Below, piece by piece: positions 9,565-18,620 of a stretch of DNA of 64,000 nucleotides. Both the position numbers and the translations under genes were made by a program. Source of the stretch: an uncultured delta proteobacterium (GTDB lineage Bacteria; Desulfobacterota; Binatia; Binatales; Binataceae); contig CAWFGH010000012.1 of NCBI GenBank assembly GCA_963815255.1, forward strand, positions 67,049-131,048, in the 5' to 3' direction. Each line of letters begins with the position of its first letter. Within the stretch, counting starts at the first letter, position 1. The notes below the pieces were generated by a model, which was given only the letters and a program-made list of their open reading frames with translations, did no database searches and was not told the DNA's origin.

Positions 9565-9605
9565 TGAACGAAGGTTGCTGAACGAAGGTTGTCGAACTGA
9601 AGGAT
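9565..9605. repeat. 14-bp tandem repeat TGAACGAAGGTTG(C/T) x2 plus a degenerate third copy
   Basis: tgaacgaaggttgc tgaacgaaggttgt cgaactgaaggat read directly. Confidence 0.8.
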
Positions 9606-9646
9606 CGACGCGGAGCGATTTTTTGTGTCCAGGTCTTCTGCACAAA

Positions 9647-9709
9647 CCTGTGTCGATGCGAAACTTGTATCGACGCAAACTTGTATCGATCCTAACTTGT
9701 ATCCATGCC
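9647..9709. repeat. 16-17 bp tandem repeat AACTTGTATCGA x3, plus a degenerate leading copy
   Basis: cctgtgtcgatgcg aaacttgtatcgacgc aaacttgtatcgatcc taacttgtatccatgcc read directly. Confidence 0.8.
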
Positions 9710-9918
9710 ATGCCCCCGCCGTATAAACTACGGGAGGCACTGCTTCGGGGGGATAAGCACATCGTCAAGCGGCCGCGCGGCTCAAGGATGCCGGCGGAAT
9801 AAACCGCTGCGCGGGCGAGTCCTGCAACTGGTGCTGGTGCCAGCGGCTTAAGGCAGCAGTTTTTCAGTTGCCATAGCATCGCGCTTACACTTACAATTTG
9901 TGCTGGAGAGCATCTTAA

Positions 9919-11229
9919 ATGGCAGAACCTCTTAGCTTCGAAACGCTCGCGAGCCGCGAGTATGTGCTTTCCAGCGCGGAAAATTTCGTTCTGTATGTGT
10001 TGCTGGAAGCGATCGCGCAAGGCACCGGCGGCGCAGGCGGCGGCTCGCGGCTGCCATTGAACCTGGGCCTGGTAATCGACCGCTCGGGTTCGATGTACGA
10101 TGAGCGGCGGCTGGAATTCGTGATCGAGGCGGTCAAATTTCTTGCCGAGAACGTAGCGCCCGAGGACAAGGTTGCGATCGTCGCCTTCGCCGATCGCGCC
10201 AAGGTGATCGTCGGCTCCGACGAGATCCACGACAAGGGTGCCGTGCGGCGCGCGATCGAAGATATCGATCTGCTCGAGATCGGCGGCGGCACCCAGATGG
10301 CGTTGGGGATGCGTGCGGCGATCGATGAGGTCAAGAAAAATCTCGCGCCCAACCGGCTCAACCGCGTCCTGGTGCTCACCGACGGGCAGACTTACGAGGA
10401 GACCGCGTGCATCGATCTCGCCAATCAGAACCGCGATCAGATGTCGTTCTCCGCGATGGGCGTGGGCGTTGAGTTCAACGAGAAGCTGCTGATGCGGATC
10501 TCGCAGGATTCGCACGGCAAGTATCACTTCATCGGCGACCCGGCGGAAATTCCCGGCATCTTCGAAGACGAGCTGGCGGGCCTGCGCGCGGTCAGCGTGC
10601 GCAACGGACGAATCGAAGTCACACTCGCGCAAGGCGTGCAGGTGCGCGAGGCCTTTCGCGCCAGTCCCGAAATTTACTCTCTCGGCGCGCCGCTGGTCGG
10701 CGATGACCGCCATATCAGTTACGAGATCGGCGACCTCGAAGCCGGCGTGCCCGGCTCCGTGCTGCTGACCCTCGTGCTGCCGCCGCGCAAGCCCGGACCG
10801 GTGCGCATCCTGCAATCGAACCTGCGCTACGAGGTGCCGGGCGTTGGCGAACAGAGCCTGGGCCGCGACCTCACTGTCGAGTACACGCTCGACCGCACGC
10901 TCACCGGCAAGGTCAACGGGCGCGTTATGAACCTGGTTGACCAGGTCTCGATCGCCAAGATGCAGTCGCGCGCCGAAGAAGAGCTCAAGGCGGGCAATGT
11001 GGATCGCGCGACGCGTCTTTTGAGCAATGCGATCCAGGGCACCCAGCGCCTGGGCAACGTCAAGGCGACGCAGGCGCTGGTCGGCCTGATGGACCAGGTC
11101 AAGAAAACCCAGACGCTGCAGACCAAGGCGGCCAAGACCACGCTGTTGCAGGCTCAGGCCGTAGTGCGCAAAACCCAGATGCTCGATCCGGACGCTCTGA
11201 AGGATTTTTCCAAACCCGACCAGGGATAA
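9919..11229 (+). CDS. von Willebrand factor type A (vWA) domain protein
   Basis: MIDAS motif LVIDRSGSM, ..VAIVAFADRAKV.., ..GGGTQMALGM.., ..VLVLTDGQT... The C-terminal half is beta-rich and is followed by a helical Thr/Gln/Lys-rich tail. GGAGAG lies 8 nt before the ATG. Confidence 0.85.
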   Translation: MAEPLSFETLASREYVLSSAENFVLYVLLEAIAQGTGGAGGGSRLPLNLGLVIDRSGSMYDERRLEFVIEAVKFLAENVAPEDKVAIVAFADRAKVIVGSDEIHDKGAVRRAIEDIDLLEIGGGTQMALGMRAAIDEVKKNLAPNRLNRVLVLTDGQTYEETACIDLANQNRDQMSFSAMGVGVEFNEKLLMRISQDSHGKYHFIGDPAEIPGIFEDELAGLRAVSVRNGRIEVTLAQGVQVREAFRASPEIYSLGAPLVGDDRHISYEIGDLEAGVPGSVLLTLVLPPRKPGPVRILQSNLRYEVPGVGEQSLGRDLTVEYTLDRTLTGKVNGRVMNLVDQVSIAKMQSRAEEELKAGNVDRATRLLSNAIQGTQRLGNVKATQALVGLMDQVKKTQTLQTKAAKTTLLQAQAVVRKTQMLDPDALKDFSKPDQG

Positions 11230-11300
11230 CTATTAAATCTCCCCATGGAGTCGGTCTAAGATGGCGACGCCGTGAAGCCGGCCAGTGAGGTGCTGAGAAG

Positions 11301-11942
11301 ATGATCAAGTGCAGCGAGTGCGGCTACGAAAATATCGATGGGCTTGACTACTGCGACGGATGCGGCGCGAAGCTGAACGCTGCGGCCCCGGCGCAGGCGG
11401 GCGAGAGCGGCGCTGCCGCGTCCGAAGCTGCCGCGCATCCCGCTCCGGCCGAAGCCGCGGCTGAAGCGCCGGCCGAGGCTCCGGCGACACCGCCTCCATC
11501 CGAAACGCCGACCGGCGAAATCAAGCCGCCCGCCGAGGCGAACGCCGCGGCAGCGGCTGCCGCGCCGGCCGCCGAGGCGCCGGCCGCGGCGGCAGGAGCG
11601 ACGGCACGCGCCAAGCTGCAAGTCGTACGCGGCGGACGCAAGGGCCAGGAGTTCCCGCTCGAGGACGGCAACAACCTCGTCGGTCGATGGGATCCCGAGA
11701 CCGGCGCATTTCCCGAGGTCGACCTCGATCAGGACGATCCCGAGGCCAAGATCTCACGCAAGCACGCGCTGATCCGCTTCGAGGCCGGCAAGATCACGGT
11801 CGAGGATATCGGCAGTCTCAACGGCACCTACGTCAATCGCCAACCGCGCCTGATGCCTGGCAACCCGGTCGAGCTAAAGACGGGTGACGAGATAATTATC
11901 GGCAAAACATTTCTCAAGTTGATCGTCGAGCCGGTTTCCTAG
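11301..11942 (+). CDS. zinc-ribbon + FHA domain protein
   Basis: N-terminal CSECGYEN..YCDGCG (CxxC..CxxC), an Ala/Pro/Glu-rich linker, and a C-terminal FHA (..NLVGRWD..EVDLDQDDPEAKISRKHALIRF..ITVEDIGSLNGTYVN..). Confidence 0.85.
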   Translation: MIKCSECGYENIDGLDYCDGCGAKLNAAAPAQAGESGAAASEAAAHPAPAEAAAEAPAEAPATPPPSETPTGEIKPPAEANAAAAAAAPAAEAPAAAAGATARAKLQVVRGGRKGQEFPLEDGNNLVGRWDPETGAFPEVDLDQDDPEAKISRKHALIRFEAGKITVEDIGSLNGTYVNRQPRLMPGNPVELKTGDEIIIGKTFLKLIVEPVS

Positions 11943-12045
11943 GGCTGGGGCGCGTGAGATGCCGCACCGAGGCCCGGTTGGGGAGCCGGGCCTTTGCTGT
12001 CTCGGCGCCAGCTTCGCCAGCATGGATAGATAAGTTTAAGTCATT

Positions 12046-14004
12046 ATGAAACCGGGCGAACAGCTTCCCGCCGGTCAGATGCTCGATGGCCGTTACCGCG
12101 TGCACAAGGTGCTCGGCCAGGGCGGGATGGGACGGGTCTATCTCGCCAACGACACGCGGTTAGCTAACCGGCCCGTCGCCGCCAAGGAAATGATCATCGG
12201 CGACGGGATCGCGGAGAAGAAGGCGATCGAGGACTTCGCGCGCGAGGCCCGCGTGCTCGCCGCGCTCGCGCATCCGGGCATCCCCAACGTCATCGACTAC
12301 TTCGCCGAGAACAACCGCCACTACCTCGTGATGGAGTTCGTGGCGGGCGGCGATTTGCAGGGCATGCTCGACAAGCTGGGGCCCAAAGGCAAGTTGCCCG
12401 AGACGCGGGTGCTGCGATGGGCGCGCCAGATGCTCGACGTGCTCAGTTTTCTGCACAGCCAGACGCCGCCGATCATCTATCGCGACCTCAAGCCCGGCAA
12501 CATCATGATCGACAAGGATGGCCGTGCGATGCTGATCGATTTTGGCATCGCACGATTCCTGCCGCCGGGCGGCCGCGGCACGCAAATCGGCTCGGTCGGC
12601 TACGCGCCGCCCGAGCAGTACATGGGCAAGGTCGAGCCGCGCTCGGACCTCTATTCGCTGGCCGCCACGATGCATCATCTGCTGAGCGGCCGCGACCCGC
12701 AGCTCGAGCCGCCATTCAGCTTTCCGCCGCTGCGCGATCTGAGCCCCGAAGTTTCGATAAAGACCGCCGAGGTCGTGATGCGCGCGCTCGACAAGGACGT
12801 TGAAAAACGCCCGGCCTCGGCGCGCGACATGATGCATGCGCTGCCCGACCCCGGTCCCGAGCCCAAGGCCTCGGGCGTGCTGGGTTCCAGCGCCGGCAAT
12901 GCCGCGCCGATCGCCTCGATGCGGACCGTGGTGCTCGACCGTCCACAATCAGTGGGCTCGCCGGGTTTGAGCGTTCAGCCGCCCCCCGCAAGCGGCAGGC
13001 GTCTTGGCGCGACGCCATCCGTGGGCAGCGGGGGCGCGTCCGCGAATCCGTCGCTCACGAATATGCCGACGGTGGTTTTGAGCCGCCCTGGAGCTTCCGG
13101 ATTTGCGGCACCTGCCGAATCTGCCGGCAGTTCCGGAGCTACCGGCAAGTCCGGAAAGTCCCGAAGTGCTGGGCTTGCCGGATCCGCCGGACCTATCTCC
13201 GCCGCGCCTCCCGCTCCGTCACGATTGGCAGCGCCGCCGACACTCACGTCGAGCACGGCGGCGGGCGTCGCCAAGGTGAAGTCGCTGGCGCGGTCGGCGC
13301 GGGCGATGGCGCAGCGGGCGGCGGCGAAAATAGAAGCACAACAATCGCTGTTCACGAGACCGGCTGAAGTCCCTTCTGTCTCCTCCACCGCGAAGACGCA
13401 GGACTTGACTGGCAAGGCCAAGGCGGTGGCGCAGGCGGCGCCAGTCGCCGCACCCTCGAAGAGCGAATCGATCTCGAAAAACGTGCGCGCTCAAAATGTT
13501 CCCTCGGGTACAAATGCGGGGTCATCAAAGGCCGCGGCGTCGGCGGGCAAGCCGTCGGTCGCATCTTCGAGCATGTCTTCTTCGAACATTGGTTCTTCGA
13601 GCATGCCTTCCGGGGCGAGGCCCGCGATCGGTAAGAAGGGCGCGCAAAACGGTGCCGCGCCGATGACCTCGAATGCGCAAACCGAAGCGGGCGCATGGTT
13701 AATCGCGAGCGGCAGCGCGCCGCGTTTCGGGTTGATACAGAGCCGCACGATTGTCGGACGCGCGCTCGGCGGCGAGGAGCCCGATATCGATCTCGGCCAG
13801 CTCAAGGGCATCGCCGATCGCGTGTCGCGCCGCCATGCCGAGATCATCAAGCACGGCACGGAGTATTTCATCCGCGATCTTGGGAGCCTCAACGGCACCT
13901 ACATCACCGGCCGCGGGCGGCTCGGACGCGATCAACTCTACAAGCTCAAGGATCGCGACCAAGTGGTGTTCGGCAGTGCTAAACTGGAGTTTCGAAAGGG
14001 CTAA
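12046..14004 (+). CDS. Hanks-type Ser/Thr protein kinase with C-terminal FHA domain
   Basis: Kinase motifs GQGGMGRVY, VAAKEM, IIYRDLKPGNIMI, DFGIAR and GYAPPEQ. A Ser/Ala-rich linker of about 300 aa follows. C-terminal FHA (..TIVGRA..VSRRHAEIIKHGTEYFIRDLGSLNGTYI..). Confidence 0.9.
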   Translation: MKPGEQLPAGQMLDGRYRVHKVLGQGGMGRVYLANDTRLANRPVAAKEMIIGDGIAEKKAIEDFAREARVLAALAHPGIPNVIDYFAENNRHYLVMEFVAGGDLQGMLDKLGPKGKLPETRVLRWARQMLDVLSFLHSQTPPIIYRDLKPGNIMIDKDGRAMLIDFGIARFLPPGGRGTQIGSVGYAPPEQYMGKVEPRSDLYSLAATMHHLLSGRDPQLEPPFSFPPLRDLSPEVSIKTAEVVMRALDKDVEKRPASARDMMHALPDPGPEPKASGVLGSSAGNAAPIASMRTVVLDRPQSVGSPGLSVQPPPASGRRLGATPSVGSGGASANPSLTNMPTVVLSRPGASGFAAPAESAGSSGATGKSGKSRSAGLAGSAGPISAAPPAPSRLAAPPTLTSSTAAGVAKVKSLARSARAMAQRAAAKIEAQQSLFTRPAEVPSVSSTAKTQDLTGKAKAVAQAAPVAAPSKSESISKNVRAQNVPSGTNAGSSKAAASAGKPSVASSSMSSSNIGSSSMPSGARPAIGKKGAQNGAAPMTSNAQTEAGAWLIASGSAPRFGLIQSRTIVGRALGGEEPDIDLGQLKGIADRVSRRHAEIIKHGTEYFIRDLGSLNGTYITGRGRLGRDQLYKLKDRDQVVFGSAKLEFRKG

Positions 14005-14021
14005 ACGCCCAAGGGCCAAGT

Positions 14022-16220
14022 GTGATGATAACGTGCCCCGAGTGCGGTCAGGCGGCTGCCGACGACGCCAGATTTTGTGACCGCTGCGGCCAGGGACTGG
14101 CGAAGTCAGCCGCGCCCAGGGTCGAATACGCGATCGCGGCGCTGGAGCCGGGTGCTTTAGTGCGTGGCGAATTCCGGATCGTCGAGGTGATCGGCCGCTC
14201 GACGATGGAAAATCGCTATCGGGCCGAGCGGACGCGCAATGGCGCCGGTCCCGAGCGCGTGCAGTTGCGTGAGCGGCCACGCCCGACGCCCGCCGAGAGC
14301 GCGCACGCTGAGAGCGCGCACGAGGAAGCGCCGGCCGGCTCGTCGGGCAACCAAGCGTCGCCGCACGAAGATCCGTCCGGGCCTCATGCCAAGACCGCCG
14401 AACTGAAACGTCCCGCCGCGCCATCGCCCGCCGATACAACCACTGCCGCGAGCGCTACTGCGGCCGGCGTCGAGAGCGCATCGGAGGTGGCCGCGCGTGC
14501 AGGCTCCAACGGCGCCAGCGTCGCGCCCCAGCCAGCCGCTGCCGCGCCTGATGCGCAAGAGACTGCAGCAGCCGTCAACGAGGGTGGGCATAACGAGGTC
14601 GCGCAGGCGCCGGCCGCAGGCGCGCGGGCCTCGGGCGCGACCGAGCCGCTGACCTTGGATGAAACGATGGCGCGTAGCGAATCCGCGCCGGCGACGCATC
14701 ATGAGTCATCGGCCGCGTCGCCGCCCGCTCCCGAAGCCGCGGCGAGCGAGAGCGCCGCTAAAGAGAGCCAGGTGCGCGACGACTCGCGCGAAAATTTAAG
14801 CGAAAATTCACGCGAAAATGTGCAAGACCTGGGCGATCTGTTCGGGCGCGTACTCGCGCTTTCGCTCACCGTCAACCATCCGGCCTTCCAGCGCGCGACC
14901 GAGGGCTTCGCCGACGACGGGCGCGTGTACCTGGTCTATCCCGACGAGCCGCTCGTCCTGCTTTCGCAGCGCCGCGGCGGACTCAAGATGAGCGAGGGCG
15001 AGGCGGTCGGAATCGCAATCCAGGTTTGCCAGGCGGTGTCGTTCCTGAATCGGCGCGGCCTGCGCCTCAACGACATCTGCCCGCAATCGATCGCGTATGG
15101 TCCCGGCGGACGAGTGAAGCTCCTGGGACTCGACTACGTCAGCAACGACAACGAGCTTCAGAGCGATCCAATTCCCAACGACGGTTACACCGCGCCCGAG
15201 GTTTATCGCGGCAAACGCGTCGACAAACGCGCGGACGTGTTCTCGATTGGTGCGCTGCTGTACAGTTGTCTTACGGGCGAACGGCTCGAATCCGAGAGCT
15301 GGCGCGAAGAGGCGGGTCCCGTGCGTTTCTATCCGCCGCACGTGGTCTCGCCCGAACTGGAGCAGGTGGTGCGCCGCGCGCTGCTGTTCGATCCGCAGGG
15401 GCGATGGCCGACCGTGGATGCGCTCAAGGCGGAGCTGGTCAGGCTGAATGCGACGATACGGATTCGCGCCGCCGCGATGACCGACGTCGGGATGGTCCGC
15501 GAGCATAACGAAGACGCGGCGATGGCGGTCGAGTTTGTGCGCCAGAGCCTGGTCGATCCGTCCGAGAACTATCTCTACGTGGTCGCCGACGGGATGGGCG
15601 GTGCGGAAGCGGGCGAGGTCGCCAGCGCAATTGCTGTCGGCGCGATTCGTAACTATGTTGATAGCGGGCTCGGCAGCGCGGAAGCCCAAAATCCGAGTCA
15701 ACTGTTAACGGCGGCGCTCGAGGAGGCCAACCGCAAGATCATCGAGTACCAGGCGGCGCATCCCGAGTCCCGCGGCATGGGCTCGACCGCCGTGGCGGTG
15801 CTTATCGTGCCGCCGGAAGGAGCTGTGGCATGGGTTGGCGACAGCAGAGTCTACTTGTCCGACGCTTCGGGCCTCCGCCAATTGACCCGCGATCATTCTC
15901 TAGTGCAGCGGCTTATTGAAATCGGCCAGATCACGCCCGAAGAGGCGCGCCATCACGAACACAAAAACGTGATCACGCGCTCCCTCGGCGCGCGCCAGAG
16001 CGGACCGGCTGGCGCCGAGGGGATGCCGCTTCGGCTCAAGCGCGGCGACCGCGTGATGCTCTGCAGCGACGGGCTGACCGCTCATGTAGAGGACAAGACT
16101 ATCGGCGAAGTCCTGCGCCGCCATGACGATCCGTATGCGGCGGCGCGCGAACTGGTGGTGGCTGCGAATGCGGGGGGTGGAACAGATAACGTCACGGTTA
16201 TTGTTGTGTTTGCTGACTGA
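14022..16220 (+). CDS. zinc-ribbon / degenerate kinase-like (pseudokinase) / PP2C phosphatase fusion protein
   Basis: N-terminal CPECG..FCDRCG. The kinase-like fold lacks the G-loop (IGRSTMENRY), has Arg where the VAIK Lys is expected (VQLRER), has LRLNDICPQS in place of HRDLKPxN, and GLD in place of DFG, but keeps GYTAPEV. C-terminal PP2C (REHNEDA, VADGMGGAEAGE, VGDSRVY, CSDGL, GGTDNVTVIVV). The start could be GTG 14022 or ATG 14025. Confidence 0.85.
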   Translation: MMITCPECGQAAADDARFCDRCGQGLAKSAAPRVEYAIAALEPGALVRGEFRIVEVIGRSTMENRYRAERTRNGAGPERVQLRERPRPTPAESAHAESAHEEAPAGSSGNQASPHEDPSGPHAKTAELKRPAAPSPADTTTAASATAAGVESASEVAARAGSNGASVAPQPAAAAPDAQETAAAVNEGGHNEVAQAPAAGARASGATEPLTLDETMARSESAPATHHESSAASPPAPEAAASESAAKESQVRDDSRENLSENSRENVQDLGDLFGRVLALSLTVNHPAFQRATEGFADDGRVYLVYPDEPLVLLSQRRGGLKMSEGEAVGIAIQVCQAVSFLNRRGLRLNDICPQSIAYGPGGRVKLLGLDYVSNDNELQSDPIPNDGYTAPEVYRGKRVDKRADVFSIGALLYSCLTGERLESESWREEAGPVRFYPPHVVSPELEQVVRRALLFDPQGRWPTVDALKAELVRLNATIRIRAAAMTDVGMVREHNEDAAMAVEFVRQSLVDPSENYLYVVADGMGGAEAGEVASAIAVGAIRNYVDSGLGSAEAQNPSQLLTAALEEANRKIIEYQAAHPESRGMGSTAVAVLIVPPEGAVAWVGDSRVYLSDASGLRQLTRDHSLVQRLIEIGQITPEEARHHEHKNVITRSLGARQSGPAGAEGMPLRLKRGDRVMLCSDGLTAHVEDKTIGEVLRRHDDPYAAARELVVAANAGGGTDNVTVIVVFAD

Positions 16221-18580
16221 TGGCGAATACGGGCACATCCGGCGCTCTGTCTAACGAGCCGCTCGCCTCCGGCACGGTTCTGCAAAATCGCTACGAGATC
16301 GAGCGCCTGCTCGGCGGCGGCGGGATGGGGATGGTCTACCTGGCGCATGACCATCGCCTGGCCAACCGCCCCTGCGCGGTCAAGGAGATGGTCGACCACT
16401 TCATCGACCAGCAGCAGCGGATCGAAGCCAACGATTACTTCGCCCGCGAAGCCGACACGCTCGCGCAGCTCAAGCACGCCGCCATCCCCGCGATCACCGA
16501 CCGCTTCGACGATCAAAACCGCCACTACCTGGTGATGGAGTACGTCGAGGGCCGCAACCTCGAAGAAGAGATTGCGGCACGCGGCGGCCCACTGCCCGAA
16601 GGCCTGATAATCGACATCGCGCGCCAGCTTTGCGACGTGCTCGCCTACCTGCACGGTTCCACGCCGCCCGTGGTCTACCGTGACATGAAGCCGTCGAACG
16701 TGATGCTGACGCCCAAGGGACGGGTGGTGCTGGTCGACTTCGGCATCGCGCGCCTGTTCAAAAGCGCGCGCAAGGGCACGATGATCGGCACGCTCGGCTT
16801 CGCGCCGCCCGAGCAATACCAGGGCGTGGTCGATCCGCGGAGCGACATCTATTCGCTCGGTGCGACGCTGCACTACGTCCTCACCGGACGCGACCCCGAG
16901 AAATTTCCGCCCTTCAGCTTTCCCCCGATACGCGACCTGCGCCCTGAGGTCTCGACCAACCTCGCGGGCGCAATCGATCACGCGCTCGCCTACCAGGCCG
17001 ACGCGCGACCCGCGAGCATCCAGGATTTCCGCGACATGCTGCTCTACGGCAAGGGCCTGGGCGAAAGCCGCGGAGCGCCGGGGGTCAGCTCGCACGGCGG
17101 CACCGCCGGCCTCGCGCTGCCGCCCGACGTCGCCGAGGCGATCGCGCCGCCGCGTCGCCGCCGTCGCCGCAAGCATCGCGCGGTGGCCTTGTTGGCATTT
17201 TTCGGGATCGTGGCCGGCGGCGCATTCGGCGCCACCTACGTCTATAACAACCCGCAATTGCAGCAGCGCCTCGGCGTCAAATCGTTCGTCGACAGCCTGC
17301 CCTGGAAGGTCCAGGAGCGCCTGAACTCCGCCGAGACTCATCCGCTGGATTTCCAGCGCATGACGCTCCAACTCTCAACTCGCTCGGGCACGCCGCTCAG
17401 TTCGCCGCGCGCGAGCTTCACCAATATCGAGTTGGCCAACAACCAGTATTTGCAGTGGAACGCCTCGTTCGCGAACCGCCTGGCCGGGCTCAAGGGACAG
17501 GACGAGAAGATTGAGGCGCGCTTCTTTTCACCCTCGGGCCTGCAAATCGCCTCCAGCACCGCGAGCCGGTTTGTGGGACCGGGAGAGAGCACGGCCGATT
17601 TCAGCGGAGTTGCACTGATGCCCGATCTCGGCGCATTGCCGGCGGGCAATTACAAGGTCGGTATCTACGTCAACGACCAGCCGATCTCCGACCAGGCGTT
17701 CGCCGTCAGCCAGGATGTCACCGCGCTGAGGGCGGCCGAGGCCGCCAACGAAGCCGAGAGGGCGCGCGAGACGGCGGACAAGGCCAAGGCGCATGACGAG
17801 GCCGAGCGCCTCGCGATGCTCGAGGCGCGCCGGCGCAAGCCCCTTCAATTAGCCGGAATCGAATTCGTCAACAGCACGAAGTCCGGCACGCCTCTGGCGG
17901 GGCCGGCGACGACCTTCAACGCGACCAAGGTGCTGTTCGTCAACTGGCGCATAACCTTCGAGAATCGGCTTTACAATCTCGATACCGGCCAATACCGGGT
18001 TGACGCCGCGTATCTCGCGCCCGACGGGCACACCTTAGGCAGCGTCGACGACATCCGCATCGTGCCGCCGTCGTCGCGGAGCGCGACCTTCAGCGGGAGG
18101 GTCGGTAACTCGGCCGGCGGCGCATTTCTGCCCGGGCAGTACACGGTCGATTTTTATCTCAACGGGCAAAAAATAGCGCAGAAGAATTTTCGCGTGCTGG
18201 CGGATACGTCGCAGCCCTATCCGGCCTCGCTCGGTAGCGCGTCGGGCGCGGCCAGCGGCGGCAGCACCGGAGCGATCGACGTTCCGACGCTCGCCACCGG
18301 ACGTATCGACGGGCTGGCGGGGGCGACCAACATCCCGGTGGAGTTGCGGTTGCGCCCGCAGCCCAACGGCTTCCTGCACGGAGAGATGGTGATTCATGAG
18401 GCCGGCTACGGCGCCACGCCGATCCAGGGCTTTATTCGCGGCAACCACGTCGTCTTCCAGGTGCCATACGGCGCCAAGACGTTGAACTTTGACGGCCGGC
18501 GCACTTCCGATCAGCTTAACGGCACTTTCTTTTCAACGCCTACCGGCGAGAGCGGTACCTGGAACACCGTCACTAATTGA
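16220..18580 (+). CDS. transmembrane Hanks-type Ser/Thr protein kinase with repeat-containing extracytoplasmic domain
   Basis: GGGGMGMVY, CAVKEM, VVYRDMKPSNVM, DFGIAR, GFAPPEQ. An RRRRRRK stop-transfer segment is followed by a TM helix (AVALLAFFGIVAGGAFGATYVY). The roughly 420-aa C-terminal region has an internal duplication. The start overlaps the upstream stop (TGATG). Confidence 0.9.
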   Translation: MANTGTSGALSNEPLASGTVLQNRYEIERLLGGGGMGMVYLAHDHRLANRPCAVKEMVDHFIDQQQRIEANDYFAREADTLAQLKHAAIPAITDRFDDQNRHYLVMEYVEGRNLEEEIAARGGPLPEGLIIDIARQLCDVLAYLHGSTPPVVYRDMKPSNVMLTPKGRVVLVDFGIARLFKSARKGTMIGTLGFAPPEQYQGVVDPRSDIYSLGATLHYVLTGRDPEKFPPFSFPPIRDLRPEVSTNLAGAIDHALAYQADARPASIQDFRDMLLYGKGLGESRGAPGVSSHGGTAGLALPPDVAEAIAPPRRRRRRKHRAVALLAFFGIVAGGAFGATYVYNNPQLQQRLGVKSFVDSLPWKVQERLNSAETHPLDFQRMTLQLSTRSGTPLSSPRASFTNIELANNQYLQWNASFANRLAGLKGQDEKIEARFFSPSGLQIASSTASRFVGPGESTADFSGVALMPDLGALPAGNYKVGIYVNDQPISDQAFAVSQDVTALRAAEAANEAERARETADKAKAHDEAERLAMLEARRRKPLQLAGIEFVNSTKSGTPLAGPATTFNATKVLFVNWRITFENRLYNLDTGQYRVDAAYLAPDGHTLGSVDDIRIVPPSSRSATFSGRVGNSAGGAFLPGQYTVDFYLNGQKIAQKNFRVLADTSQPYPASLGSASGAASGGSTGAIDVPTLATGRIDGLAGATNIPVELRLRPQPNGFLHGEMVIHEAGYGATPIQGFIRGNHVVFQVPYGAKTLNFDGRRTSDQLNGTFFSTPTGESGTWNTVTN

Positions 18581-18620
18581 GCCTTGCCGGCAGAGCGGAA
18601 CCGCGGTCGCCGCGTATCGG

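Noticed and set aside
9303-9709. Possibility that the DnaA-box-like sites (TTATCCACC at 9321-9329, TTATTCACA at 18621-18629) mark a replication origin
   Set aside because: They are single isolated near-consensus boxes, with no cluster of boxes, no AT-rich DUE and no dnaA/dnaN nearby. Chance occurrence is plausible.
9303-9709. CRISPR array
   Set aside because: The repeats are 14-20 bp, occur in only 2-4 copies, and are directly abutting without unique spacers. No cas genes are in the window.
9559-10815. 418-aa minus-strand ORF opposite the vWA gene. Similar long antisense ORFs occur at 16082..17371, 21550..22197, 47074..48315, 51148..52302, 59886..61085 and 62929..63978.
   Set aside because: Typical high-GC mirror ORFs. 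Each lies opposite a gene with unambiguous family motifs, and the translations are Arg/Ala/Gly-rich without motifs.
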